Shown: positions 1 to 9,478 of the stretch, piece by piece
Numbering within the stretch: the stretch's first letter is position 1
Layout: each line of letters opens with the position of its first letter
NCBI GenBank assembly: GCA_030837625.1
Contig: JAUPKF010000005.1
Span: 1-60,138, forward strand
DNA: 60,138 nt
Origin: Patescibacteria group bacterium
Lineage (GTDB): Bacteria > Patescibacteriota > Minisyncoccia > Moranbacterales > UBA2206
Direction: 5' to 3'
The notes under the pieces: model-generated
Database searches by the model: none
Seen by the model: the letters and a program-made list of their open reading frames with translations, nothing else
What the model was told of the DNA's origin: nothing
Made by a program: the position numbers and the translations under genes

Positions 1-95
1 AATAATTTTGTAATTTGGCATTAGAAATTTTATTTGACCTTTGATTATTTTAATTTTTATTAGGTGAATTAGGTAATTAGACAATTAGGTGAATT

Positions 96-218
96 CTATT
101 CGCTAACCCTAATTTCTCCTTCTTCCGTCTTTTCCACTTTGTATCCTAAATCTTTTATCGCTTTTTTCAAATCATCCACCTTCTCTTCAGGAGTTTTTTC
201 TTTTTCGCAGTCGCTCAT
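96..218 (-). CDS. 40-aa small protein translationally coupled to cysS (below ORF-track cutoff)
   Basis: ATG (218-216) overlaps the cysS TGA (ATGA); translates MSDCEKEKTPEEKVDDLKKAIKDLGYKVEKTEEGEIRVSE*. Confidence 0.6.
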   Translation of the reverse strand: MSDCEKEKTPEEKVDDLKKAIKDLGYKVEKTEEGEIRVSE

Positions 219-1654
219 TTCTTTTTTATGGAATAATTATTATCTTTCAGATCCTCGACCAAATATCCCGCTTTTTCAATTTCTTCCCGGATAAGGTCGG
301 CTTCTTTGAAATTTTGTTTGATTCTTTCGGCCAGCCTCTTTCTTCCCAGTTCCTTAATGTCCAGAGGAATGCCGTCTCTTTTGCTTTTTATTTTCAATCC
401 GAAAACTTTATTCATTTTTTCCCAGGCTTGGGAAATTTTTTTCGCTTCGGCTGAGTCCATTTTTCCTTCGGCAATCGTGGCGTTGGTTTTGGAAATCATT
501 TCATAAAGGACGCTCAAGGCTTTCGGAGTGTTGAGGTCGTCGTCCATAGTTTTTTCAAAGCGTTCGATATAGGAATTGATGTCGGCGCACCTATCGTCGA
601 TATCTTTGAAAGGTTCGGCCTGGAAGCGCTTGAGGTTTTCCGCGAAGTTTTCTATTTTTTCCAAATTGCTTTCTGCCTGACTCATAGCGCGCCAGGTGAA
701 ATTCAAATTTGAACGATAATGCGAGCTCAAGACCAGAAGGCGAAAAGCCATAAGGTCATAGCCGCGGTCGGCGATGTCTTTCAAAATATAATAGTTCCCT
801 TTGGATTTGGACATTTTCTGTCCGTCCACTAGGAGAAAGCGGTTGTGAAGCCAGCAGACGGCAAGAGGCTTTCCGGTTGCTCCTTCCGATTGGGCAAGTT
901 CGTTTTCGTGGTGCGGGAAGATATGGTCTTCTCCTCCGGTGTGGATATCGAGCGTTTCTCCTAGGTATTCCATACTCATCGCCGAACATTCGATGTGCCA
1001 GCCTGGATATCCTACCGACCAGGGAGATTCCCATTTAAGCAGGTGCTTTTGAGGAGCGCGCAGCCAAAGCGCGAAATCCCACTGGTTTTTTTTATCGGGG
1101 TGTTCTTCCAGGCGCGCTCCGACTTTCAGCTCGTCAATTTTCTTTTTGGATAGCTTACCGTAACCTTCGAACTTTTCCACGTCAAAAAAAACGTTGCCAT
1201 TGGCTTCGTACGCCAAGCCGTTCTGAATGAGTTTTTCGATGATTTTTATCATCTGTCCAATGTGCGCGGTGGCGCGGGGATAGTAGGCGGCTCTTTTTAT
1301 GTTGAGCTTGTCAATGTCGTAGAAAAAGACCTGGGTGTAGTATTCGGCTATTTCGGCCGGGGTTTTTTTCTCGCGAAGGGCGGCTTTAAGCATTTTGTCT
1401 TCGCCGGTGTCGGCTTGGTTGATGTCATCAGCCGTCAGATGGCCGACGTCGGTGATGTTCATGATCTGGCGGACCTCATAGCCTTTGTATTCCAAATAGC
1501 GGCGCAAGATATCGGCGACCAAAAAAGCGTTCATATTGCCGATGTGGGCGTAATCATAAACCGTCGGTCCGCAGTTGTACATTTTTATCTTGCCTTTTTC
1601 CTGCGAATGGAATTCCTCTTTTTGATTGGTGAGAGTGTTGTAAAGTTTAATCAT
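215..1654 (-). CDS. cysS: cysteinyl-tRNA synthetase
   Basis: YNCGPTVY, HIGN (HIGH motif), GWHIECSAM, HIFPHHENE, KMSKS. Confidence 0.98.
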   Translation of the reverse strand: MIKLYNTLTNQKEEFHSQEKGKIKMYNCGPTVYDYAHIGNMNAFLVADILRRYLEYKGYEVRQIMNITDVGHLTADDINQADTGEDKMLKAALREKKTPAEIAEYYTQVFFYDIDKLNIKRAAYYPRATAHIGQMIKIIEKLIQNGLAYEANGNVFFDVEKFEGYGKLSKKKIDELKVGARLEEHPDKKNQWDFALWLRAPQKHLLKWESPWSVGYPGWHIECSAMSMEYLGETLDIHTGGEDHIFPHHENELAQSEGATGKPLAVCWLHNRFLLVDGQKMSKSKGNYYILKDIADRGYDLMAFRLLVLSSHYRSNLNFTWRAMSQAESNLEKIENFAENLKRFQAEPFKDIDDRCADINSYIERFEKTMDDDLNTPKALSVLYEMISKTNATIAEGKMDSAEAKKISQAWEKMNKVFGLKIKSKRDGIPLDIKELGRKRLAERIKQNFKEADLIREEIEKAGYLVEDLKDNNYSIKKK

Positions 1655-1736
1655 GAATCATGAAACATATAACATGTAACATGAAGCATGAGATATCTTA
1701 GTTTCTTGTTTCATGTTCTATGTTTTATGTTGTGTG
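1652..1736. repeat. CATGAAA-type heptamer hairpin element
   Basis: catgaat/catgaaa/catataa/catgtaa/catgaag arm followed by the complementary tttcatg/tctatg/tttatg arm. Confidence 0.75.
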
Positions 1737-1738
1737 AG

Positions 1739-2647
1739 CTATAGCCATTTTTTGATCCGGAAAGTCGTGATAGTTACCAAGGCGACCAGGAGCATTATGG
1801 AGAAATGGATCCAAAAGGCGTGGGGATTTTTGCTGAAAGGAATCTCGGCGCTCATCGCCAGGATATTGGAATAAACCGTCATCGGGAGAAGCACGGCCGA
1901 GAAAATCGTCAAAATTTTCATGGTCATATCCAGTTTATTGGAAAGGAGGGAATTGTTAGTGTCTTCCAATGATTCCACCGTTTCTTTGGCGGATTCCAAG
2001 TTGTTCCAAAGCCGGATGTTGGTGCCGATGAGATCCTGATAGTAGGGTTTCAGTTGGCGTTCAATGAGTTTATAATCCTTTTGCGCCAGAGATTCAAAAA
2101 TGGAGCGTTGCGGTTTCATAGTGCGGCGGAAATTCAAAATGTCGCGCTTCACGACGGAAATTTCGAGAACCATTTCCTTTTCGTTGCCGGCGAAAATCTG
2201 TTCTTCGACGTAATCGAGTTTCCTGGAGATGTGGTCGAGTTTCGGAAAACACGATTCCATCAACATCTCGACAATGTAATGCAGCAGCGCCCCCGGTGAT
2301 TTACCGGAAAAAACATCCCGCTTTTTTTTATTCTTTTTCAATTCTTCAAAAAAATCAGTCAGCTGGTAGATATCTTTGTCGTGGGATGTGATGAGAACAT
2401 TTTCACAGATAACGACATCAATTTCGCCTGGGTAGGTGGTTTTATTTTCGGTGTCGAAAAGAGGGACATGGATGGTCAGATACAAACAATTGTCGTACTC
2501 GGCAGCTTTGGGACGGAGCGTCGGGGTGGAAAACTCTTCAATCACGAGCGGGTGGAGGTTGAATTTCTTTCCGATCGCCAAAACGTCGTCGGCGTCCGGT
2601 TCTTTGAAATGGATCCAGGTTGTTTGTCCTAATTTCACTTGTCGCAT
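1739..2647 (-). CDS. corA: CorA-family divalent cation transporter (start reassigned to ATG 2647)
   Basis: WIHFKEP, FNLHPLVIEE, LRPKAAEY, two C-terminal TM helices, KKWL end; the GMN motif reads AMS. Confidence 0.88.
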   Translation of the reverse strand: MRQVKLGQTTWIHFKEPDADDVLAIGKKFNLHPLVIEEFSTPTLRPKAAEYDNCLYLTIHVPLFDTENKTTYPGEIDVVICENVLITSHDKDIYQLTDFFEELKKNKKKRDVFSGKSPGALLHYIVEMLMESCFPKLDHISRKLDYVEEQIFAGNEKEMVLEISVVKRDILNFRRTMKPQRSIFESLAQKDYKLIERQLKPYYQDLIGTNIRLWNNLESAKETVESLEDTNNSLLSNKLDMTMKILTIFSAVLLPMTVYSNILAMSAEIPFSKNPHAFWIHFSIMLLVALVTITTFRIKKWL

Positions 2648-2733
2648 ATTTTTTGTTTTTAGTTTGCTTCGCGTCAAGTATAACAGGTATTTTTTTATTT
2701 GACAAAGGCGATTGAGTGTAGTTAAATAACCTG

Positions 2734-2994
2734 GTGAAAAGAGTATTGTTATTTTTGATAAAATTGTACCAAAAGACGCTGTCTCTCGACCACGGACCGC
2801 TGTCCTATGTCGTTTCCGAACGTCTTTGCCGTTTTCATCCCAGTTGTTCGCAATATTCATACGAAGCGATTGACCGGTTTGGAGCTTTGAAAGGAAGCTG
2901 GTTGGGTTTCAGGCGAATTATCAGATGTCATCCATGGAATGATGGGGGATACGACCCGCCTCCGGCGGAGGCGGAAGGAGTAAAAAGAAAATAA
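2734..2994 (+). CDS. yidD: membrane protein insertion efficiency factor YidD
   Basis: [10 protein letters not shown]...[12 protein letters not shown] signature; GTG start. Confidence 0.93.
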   Translation: MKRVLLFLIKLYQKTLSLDHGPLSYVVSERLCRFHPSCSQYSYEAIDRFGALKGSWLGFRRIIRCHPWNDGGYDPPPAEAEGVKRK

Positions 2995-3000
2995 AAAAAG

Positions 3001-3139
3001 TGTCATCCCGGGTGAAGTCCGTACTCGGACGCAGTCGAGGGATCTGCTAGCGATTGGCGTTGAATTTTCTATAAATCGTAAAGTTATTAACTGTCGATGT
3101 CAGATCCCTCGGCTCCGCTCCGCTCCGCTCGGGATGACA
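3001..3139. mobile_element. palindromic MITE-like element, TGTCAT...ATGACA family (A1)
   Basis: terminal IR TGTCATCCCG/CGGGATGACA, inner GAGGGATCT/AGATCCCTC; homologous copies at 20103, 31993, 58681. Confidence 0.8.
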
Positions 3140-3247
3140 ATTTTTAGTGTTAGTTGTTTTAATTTAAATAGTGTGCGGGCGCTTCCGCGAGATTTGTGGG
3201 AGCAAAATGTTTTCCGAAGTTTTTATAAGTACAGAAGGAGGGTTGAT

Positions 3248-3487
3248 TTGGAAAAACATAAGATAGTCTCTCTTGCCGGCATTGGATTTGATGGGTACGT
3301 AACCTGTCAAAAAACGAACCGCGGTCCTAACTCTTTTTTGTTTGAGACCACTGACGATGGCGTAATAAGCCCTTCGACTTGTCGTTGTTGTGGAGATAAA
3401 CTGGTTCTCCAGCAAAACAACGAACTGGGCGATTTCCAAAAGGTCGTGCCCATTGAAAGCGAATGGCCTTGCCCTCGTGGATTTTAA
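3248..3487 (+). CDS. small Cys-containing hypothetical protein (79 aa)
   Basis: SD GAAGGAGG precedes TTG 3248; the ORF-track start at 3134 lies inside the MITE; followed by a terminator. Confidence 0.55.
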   Translation: MEKHKIVSLAGIGFDGYVTCQKTNRGPNSFLFETTDDGVISPSTCRCCGDKLVLQQNNELGDFQKVVPIESEWPCPRGF

Positions 3488-3505
3488 CTCGTGATTGCAC
3501 TTTTT

Positions 3506-3566
3506 CGTCCGGAGCTTTCGTGTCCTAACGCCCCTGCGCCATGTTCGCTCCGGGCGTCTTTTTTTT
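3506..3566 (+). terminator. putative intrinsic terminator
   Basis: CGTCCGGAGC/GCTCCGGGCG stem followed by a T8 tract. Confidence 0.5.
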
Positions 3567-3574
3567 GCTTTCCT

Positions 3575-3611
3575 TTACTAATTACGAATTAAATACTAAT
3601 ATACGAATACT
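3575..3611. repeat. TACGAAT-type heptamer arm
   Basis: shares CCTTTACTAATTACGAAT with the element at ~44068. Confidence 0.6.
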
Positions 3612-3619
3612 GCACACTT

Positions 3620-4675
3620 ATGATAAAACGCCGAAAAACCAAGAAAATTAAAGTTGGAAATCTGTATATCGGCGGGAATGCGCCGGTTTTGGTGCAGTCG
3701 ATGACTAACACGGACACGCGAGATGTCAGGAAAACGGTGGCGCAGATCAGGGCTTTGGAAAAAGCCGGCTGTGAAATGGCGCGGGTGGCGGTGCCGGATA
3801 TGGCGGCCGCCAAGGCCTTGGGAAAAATAAAAAAGCAAATCAAGATTCCGTTGGTGGCGGATATTCATTTTTCCGCCGATCTGGCGCTGGAAGCCTTGAA
3901 TCAGGGAGTGGACAAGCTTCGCATCAACCCGGGCAACATCGGTTCGGAGGAAAAAATACAAATGGTTGTCGCGGCGGCTAAAAAGAAAAAAATTCCCATT
4001 CGGATCGGCATTAACGGCGGATCATTGGAAAAAGATCTCCTTAAAAAGTATAAAAACAAAGTAACCGCCGGGGCGATGGTGGAGTCGGCGATGCGGCATA
4101 TCCGGATTTTGGAGAAATATAATTTCAAAGATATTTTGGTTTCGCTCAAAGCTTCCGACATTGAACGCACCGTGGAAGCCTATCGGTTGCTTTCCCAAAA
4201 AGTAAATTATCCTTTGCACATCGGAGTGACGGAAGCCGGCACGGCTTTTCGCGGAACAGTTATGTCGTCTATCGGATTGGGAATTTTGCTGTATGAAGGA
4301 ATCGGCGACACTTTGCGCGTTTCTCTGACCGCCGATCCGGTGGCCGAGATTCCCGTCGCTTGGGAAATTTTGAAGTCCCTCGGATTAAGAAAGAGAGGCA
4401 TAACCGTTATCAGCTGTCCGACTTGCGGACGGACGGAAATAGATTTGGAGGGCTTGGCGAAAAAAGTGGAGCAAGCGGTGGCGGGAATAGACAAGGATAT
4501 GCATATCGCGGTGATGGGATGCGTGGTCAATGGTCCGGGAGAAGCCCGCGAGGCCGATCTGGCCATCATCGGCGGAAAAGGCGTCGGACTGATTACCAGA
4601 AAAGGGGAGATAATAAAAAAAGTTAGTGAGAGAAAGTTGTTAAGAGAGTTTATAGAAGAAGTGAAAAAATACTAG
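3620..4675 (+). CDS. ispG: HMBPP synthase IspG (flavodoxin type)
   Basis: VQSMTNT, PLVADIHF, RINPGNIG, HIGVTEAG, SCPTCGR, MGCVVNGPGEA. Confidence 0.97.
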   Translation: MIKRRKTKKIKVGNLYIGGNAPVLVQSMTNTDTRDVRKTVAQIRALEKAGCEMARVAVPDMAAAKALGKIKKQIKIPLVADIHFSADLALEALNQGVDKLRINPGNIGSEEKIQMVVAAAKKKKIPIRIGINGGSLEKDLLKKYKNKVTAGAMVESAMRHIRILEKYNFKDILVSLKASDIERTVEAYRLLSQKVNYPLHIGVTEAGTAFRGTVMSSIGLGILLYEGIGDTLRVSLTADPVAEIPVAWEILKSLGLRKRGITVISCPTCGRTEIDLEGLAKKVEQAVAGIDKDMHIAVMGCVVNGPGEAREADLAIIGGKGVGLITRKGEIIKKVSERKLLREFIEEVKKY

Positions 4676-4676
4676 T

Positions 4677-5633
4677 ATGCTTACTGATGAAGTAAAAATA
4701 AAGGTGGCTGCCGGGCGCGGCGGGGACGGGGTAGTAGCTTTCGATAAAGTCAAGATGAGCCTCGGACCTACCGGCGGACGGGGAGGAAAAGGCGGATCCG
4801 TCTATTTTGAAGGCGTGCCGGATATTTTTGCTTTGCGCAAGTTTCTGCACAAAAAAGAATATTATGCCGACGATGGCAAAAAAGGCCGCGGCAACCGTTC
4901 CGACGGCCCGAACGGAAAAGATTTGATTTTGCCTGTCCCCACCGGAACAGTCGTCCATAATTTGGATACAGGAAAAGACATTGAAATTACCAAGGCTGGC
5001 GAAAGAGTTTTGGTTGCCAAAGGAGGAATCGGCGGGCAGGGAAACTTCTATTTCCGTTCCAGTACCAATACCAGTCCTGAGGAATATGAGGAAGGAGAGA
5101 CGGGAGAGGAACATAATTTTATTTTAGAACTGCGCCTTATCGCCGACGCCGGGCTGATCGGGCTGCCCAGCGCCGGAAAGTCCAGCTTGCTCAATGAACT
5201 CACCAGCGCCAACGCCAAGGTGGCGGCCTATCATTTTACCACGCTGGAGCCGAACTTGGGCGCGATGGGCGACGTCATAATCGCCGATATTCCCGGACTT
5301 ATCGAAGGCGCATCCCAAGGCAGGGGATTGGGGATAAAGTTTTTACGCCATATTCAGAGGACGAAGATACTTCTTCACTGCGTATCGGGAGAATCGGAGG
5401 ATCCAGGGAAAGACTACAAGATTATCCGAAATGAATTGAAAGCTTATAACAAGGATCTACTCAAAAGACCGGAAATAATTCTTTTGACTAAGACCGATCT
5501 TTTGGGCGAAAAAGAAATTGAAAAAATTGAAAAGAAGTTGAAGAAAATAAATCCGCAAGTTTTGGGGGTTTCAATCCATGATTGGGACAGCATCCAGAGA
5601 TTGGCGAAAAAAATCCTTGCCATTGCTGGATAA
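4677..5633 (+). CDS. obgE: Obg/CgtA GTPase (short form without C-terminal extension)
   Basis: Gly-rich Obg fold, GLPSAGKS, YHFTTLEPNLG, DIPG, TKTD. Confidence 0.95.
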   Translation: MLTDEVKIKVAAGRGGDGVVAFDKVKMSLGPTGGRGGKGGSVYFEGVPDIFALRKFLHKKEYYADDGKKGRGNRSDGPNGKDLILPVPTGTVVHNLDTGKDIEITKAGERVLVAKGGIGGQGNFYFRSSTNTSPEEYEEGETGEEHNFILELRLIADAGLIGLPSAGKSSLLNELTSANAKVAAYHFTTLEPNLGAMGDVIIADIPGLIEGASQGRGLGIKFLRHIQRTKILLHCVSGESEDPGKDYKIIRNELKAYNKDLLKRPEIILLTKTDLLGEKEIEKIEKKLKKINPQVLGVSIHDWDSIQRLAKKILAIAG

Positions 5634-5676
5634 AAAGCGTAGAATAAAATTAGAAGTTCAAAAATAAAAATAACAT

Positions 5677-6054
5677 ATGCGAAACAAAGCGACTATTGGG
5701 CAAACGGCTGCTGACAGGATTACCGCGATTGTGGGCAGCTGGCGTTTCATAATCATTCAGAGCATCCTTCTGGTTGTCTGGCTTATCCTGAATGCGACTG
5801 CTTGGGTGATGCACTGGGATCCATATCCTTTTATCTTGCTTAATTTAGTCTTGAGTTTCCAGGCGGCTTATACCGCCCCGGTCATTCTGATGAGTCAGAA
5901 TCGCGCCGCAGAGAGGGATAGAAGCAAGGCCGCGATGGACTTAGCGACTGATCGCAAGGCGGAAAGAGAGATAGAAGATTTGCAAGCGGAATTGAAAAAC
6001 TTGGAGAACAGAAAAATCGACCGGATTTTGGAAATTTTGGAGAAAAGAAATTAA
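5677..6054 (+). CDS. DUF1003-like membrane protein
   Basis: GSWRFII...WDPYPFILLNLVLSFQAAYTAPVILMSQNR. Confidence 0.85.
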   Translation: MRNKATIGQTAADRITAIVGSWRFIIIQSILLVVWLILNATAWVMHWDPYPFILLNLVLSFQAAYTAPVILMSQNRAAERDRSKAAMDLATDRKAEREIEDLQAELKNLENRKIDRILEILEKRN

Positions 6055-6064
6055 ATAAAAAAAT

Positions 6065-6280
6065 ATGAATTTTGCCGACAACCAAACGTACTACATAATA
6101 ATTCTCTTAGTAGCGCTCTGGTCTGTTCCCTGGAAAGGCGTGGCCTTGTGGAAGGCGGCGCGGCGCGGCGACAAGATTTGGTTTGTCGTTTTGCTTGTCA
6201 TCAACACGCTGGCGATTTTGGAAATTGCCTATATCTTTATTTTCTCCAAAAAGAGAAAACCGCAACTGGATAATCTGTAA
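6065..6280 (+). CDS. DUF5652-like small membrane protein
   Basis: WSVPWKGVALWKAARRGDKIWFVVLLVINTLAILEIAY. Confidence 0.8.
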   Translation: MNFADNQTYYIIILLVALWSVPWKGVALWKAARRGDKIWFVVLLVINTLAILEIAYIFIFSKKRKPQLDNL

Positions 6281-6295
6281 GATTTTTTCTGCTTT

Positions 6296-6994
6296 ATGTA
6301 CTGGATATTTCTGATTCTTTTTGTTGTAGCGGTTTTGGTTCCCGACTTGGTCAGGAATGATTTTCATTTTCTTTCCGAACAGCGCCTCGAGGAGGTTCTT
6401 ATTTTTTTAATAGGAGCCGCTGCTTTTTTTGTTTTTATCTATTATGAACGGTTAATTTCGTTCCATAAAAGAGAGAAAGAAAAAGATCGGAAGAAAATAG
6501 ACCAGACAGTCAAGGATTTGGTGGAATCGTACAGTTACATCGGAGAAGTCAACCGTAAGATGGATATCTTGATGAATATCGCTCTGGGGCTTTCCGACCG
6601 CTCGATGCTCAGCAAAGACCGCGAAACGGAAATATATGAATCCATTATCAGTGCCGCCAATTTTCTGATGAAAGCCGAAAAGACGTCTTTGCGATTTGTC
6701 AACTTTGAAACGGGACGCACCGAGAAAGAAATAAAAACTGATGACACTATTTTTTCCGTGAAAAACAGCCAGTTGACTGTTCTGGAAGAAAATATTAATG
6801 TAAAAAAGTTGTCGGATGAACTGGTGGTTTTGTCCTCCCAAAAAATCAATGGCATAAAAAGCTGTTTGATAATCGCCGATTACGACAAAGAGGAAGAAAC
6901 CAGTCCGAAAAATATTGAGATTCTCAAGGTATTCGCTTCGCAGGCCATTTTCCTTTATTCTTATACCCACAGCAAGACGGGCGAAAGGAATTAA
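6296..6994 (+). CDS. hypothetical membrane protein (2 N-terminal TM, coiled coil, possible GAF-like C-terminus)
   Basis: two hydrophobic helices then a charged helix; operonic spacing. Confidence 0.7.
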   Translation: MYWIFLILFVVAVLVPDLVRNDFHFLSEQRLEEVLIFLIGAAAFFVFIYYERLISFHKREKEKDRKKIDQTVKDLVESYSYIGEVNRKMDILMNIALGLSDRSMLSKDRETEIYESIISAANFLMKAEKTSLRFVNFETGRTEKEIKTDDTIFSVKNSQLTVLEENINVKKLSDELVVLSSQKINGIKSCLIIADYDKEEETSPKNIEILKVFASQAIFLYSYTHSKTGERN

Positions 6995-7057
6995 TAATAA
7001 TAAGCCGGCGGAATGACGCGAATCTGTGATTTCGCGTTGTTTACGCTCAATAAAAAT

Positions 7058-7333
7058 ATGCCTCAAGAAAAAATCACTCCCCTGGGAGAAAACGTGCTGG
7101 TCAAGGTTGTGAAAGTCGAAACTAAAACCAAATCTGGTTTGGTTTTGCCCGATACCGCCTCTGAAGAAAAACCGCAGGAAGGCAAAGTCATTGCGATTGG
7201 GGACAGCGCCAAGATCAAAGTCAAGAAAAACCAGAAGGTCATCTTTGCCAAATATTCCGGCACGGAAATCAATCTGGATAAGGAAGAATATTTGATCGTT
7301 AAGAATGAAGATATATTGGCGGTAGTCAAATAG
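7058..7333 (+). CDS. groES: co-chaperonin GroES
   Basis: PLGENVLV, TKSGLVLPD, KPQEGKVIAIG, FAKYSGTEI, EDILAVV; start at ATG 7058. Confidence 0.95.
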   Translation: MPQEKITPLGENVLVKVVKVETKTKSGLVLPDTASEEKPQEGKVIAIGDSAKIKVKKNQKVIFAKYSGTEINLDKEEYLIVKNEDILAVVK

Positions 7334-7357
7334 AATCTTATTTAAAGCTTGGATAAT

Positions 7358-7385
7358 AAAAACCGACTGTTTTTAGCCGGTTTTT
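7358..7385. terminator. bidirectional intrinsic terminator
   Basis: AAAAACCG...CGGTTTTT between convergent genes. Confidence 0.65.
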
Positions 7386-7393
7386 ATTTGTTC

Positions 7394-7534
7394 AAAAATC
7401 CAAAATCCAAAGCATCAAATTCCAAATAAATTACAATTTTCAAAATTCTAAATCCAAAAATGTTTTAAATTTTGGTCATTTGAGTTTTGAATTTATTTGT
7501 TATTTGTGATTTGTAATTTTGAATTTGTAATTTT
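7394..7534. repeat. ~140-bp AT-rich heptamer hairpin element
   Basis: AAATCCA/AAATTAC arm and complementary TTTGTAA/TTTGTGA arm; homologues at 9957, 22842, 42419. Confidence 0.8.
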
Positions 7535-8360
7535 ATTTTACCACCTCAAACCCCTTCCCTTTCCATCCATCCAGCCCGTCGGATAAGGCTAGCACGTTGA
7601 AAATTCCCATATCAAACAGTCTGACCGCGCCTTGGAAAGCCCAGAGGCCGTCGTTGTCGACCAGGACTATTTTTTTCCCGGGCTGAATTTCGGCGCGTTT
7701 TTTTTCCAAATCGTCCAAAAAAATATTCACAGCTCCTTGGATATGTCCGTCCTGGAAAGTAGCGCTTTTCCGAAGATCGATTATAAGCAGGCCGGTTTCT
7801 TTTTCCAAGAGAGTCTTGAGGTCTTCGCTTTTAATGTAGCTGACTTTGGATTGGTCGGTGAAAGAATTTGGGTTGCCTTCATTGACAGTCGGATTGAGTT
7901 TTTGTTTCCACTCGAAAAAACCGCCGGCAAGATAACTGATGTTGGAATAGCTATCTTCGGAAAACAGTTGTTTTATTATCGCGAGCGCGTCTTGTCCGTC
8001 GTTTCCGATGAGAATGTATTTTTTGTTTCGATCAAAAGACTCCAAAAAGGATTCCAAATCAGGCGGAAGCATATTCCGGGAGTCTGTCAAGTGTTCTTTT
8101 TTGAAAGAAGCTTCTTCGCGGATGTCGATTATGAAAACCGATTCCTGGCTGTTGATTTTTGAAAGTAACTCTTCGGCGCTAAGCTGGCGGTTTTCGAAAG
8201 CGTCTTTTTCTTCCGGCTGTTCGGCCGCAGTGTTTTGCATGCTATTCTTTTCTTTTTTTCCGAAAAATACCGGGCGCAAAAAAGTAATTGCTAAAACGAG
8301 AATTATAAAAAATAATCCGATGCCCAAGGCGCCAAGGTGGTTATTTTGCTGATTTTCCAT
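7533..8360 (-). CDS. membrane-anchored tandem rhodanese-like protein
   Basis: N-terminal TM; two repeats IID(I/L)R...F...H(L/I)...N and L.GG(F/L)..W; no active-loop Cys. Confidence 0.8.
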   Translation of the reverse strand: MENQQNNHLGALGIGLFFIILVLAITFLRPVFFGKKEKNSMQNTAAEQPEEKDAFENRQLSAEELLSKINSQESVFIIDIREEASFKKEHLTDSRNMLPPDLESFLESFDRNKKYILIGNDGQDALAIIKQLFSEDSYSNISYLAGGFFEWKQKLNPTVNEGNPNSFTDQSKVSYIKSEDLKTLLEKETGLLIIDLRKSATFQDGHIQGAVNIFLDDLEKKRAEIQPGKKIVLVDNDGLWAFQGAVRLFDMGIFNVLALSDGLDGWKGKGFEVVK

Positions 8361-9322
8361 TATTTCAAAATGCTTCCGATAAATTCGGGGCAGCCGTTTA
8401 TGAAATCGGCGATATTCATATTGGATTTTCCTTCCAGCTGAACCTCCTCCAGGATTATTACTCCTTCCTCTGCCTGTATGCCGATTTTTTCTCCGATCTG
8501 GACCACTTCTCCCAGATGGTGTTTTTCTTCAGGGATATCCTTTGCGAAGCTTATTTTATTCAATTTCAGGCGCAGATTCAGCTTGCCACTTTCGAAATAA
8601 GTGAAGACTCCCGGCCAGGATGAAAACGCCCGGTAACGGTTATAGATATCCTTGGCGCTATCCGTCCAGATTATTTTTCCGTCATTTTTTTCAATTAGCT
8701 CACATAAAGTCGCTTCCGCGTCGTTTTGCGTTTCCGGCGTAATTTTTCTTTCCACCCAAAGGGGGATGGTCTCCAAGAGCAGAGAAGCGGAAAGCTCGGA
8801 AAGTCTGCGCGACAAGTCCGCGCATGTTTCATCAGGATCAATGGCGGTTTTCCTTTGACTCAGGATGCTTCCGGTGTCGACCCCTTCGTCCATCAACATA
8901 ATTGTGGAGCCGGTTTCAACTTCTCCGCGGAGGATGGCGTTTTGGATGGGGGAGGGACCTCGATATTTGGGTAGAAGGGAAGTGTGGACGTTGATACATC
9001 CGAATCCGGGTATGGTTAATATTTCTTTAGGCAAAATTTTTCCGTAAGCCGCCACGATGATGATGTCCGGCTTTTGCGCTCGAATTTCCGCGATAACGCT
9101 TTCATCCAATTTTTCCGGTTCATACACCGGGATATTTTTTTCTTCCGCCGCTTTCTTCACGTCGGTTTTTTGGATTTCTTGTTTTCGTCCGGCTTTTTTG
9201 TCCGGACGAGTATAGGCCGAAATGACGTTATAGTTGGCGGAAAGCAAAGCTTCAAAAATCTTCGCGGCAAAGCCGGAAGTTCCCATAAAAATAGTTCGAA
9301 GTTTGATTGGTTCTTTTGCCAT
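8360..9322 (-). CDS. fmt: methionyl-tRNA formyltransferase
   Basis: IFMGTSGFA, VAAYGKIL, INVHTSLLPKYRGPSP, MDEGVDTG; start at ATG 9322. Confidence 0.96.
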   Translation of the reverse strand: MAKEPIKLRTIFMGTSGFAAKIFEALLSANYNVISAYTRPDKKAGRKQEIQKTDVKKAAEEKNIPVYEPEKLDESVIAEIRAQKPDIIIVAAYGKILPKEILTIPGFGCINVHTSLLPKYRGPSPIQNAILRGEVETGSTIMLMDEGVDTGSILSQRKTAIDPDETCADLSRRLSELSASLLLETIPLWVERKITPETQNDAEATLCELIEKNDGKIIWTDSAKDIYNRYRAFSSWPGVFTYFESGKLNLRLKLNKISFAKDIPEEKHHLGEVVQIGEKIGIQAEEGVIILEEVQLEGKSNMNIADFINGCPEFIGSILK

Positions 9323-9478
9323 TTTTGTCTTTGAGCAAAGCGAGAAGCTACAAAAATGAGCATCCCGCAACAATTCTAAAATTAAATTTTCAACTATCTT
9401 TAAAACTAAGCCGCAGGCGATTCCAAGAAGTGTGCTATATTTAGCGTATATATTCTTCGGAATTGTTGCAGGACAACT

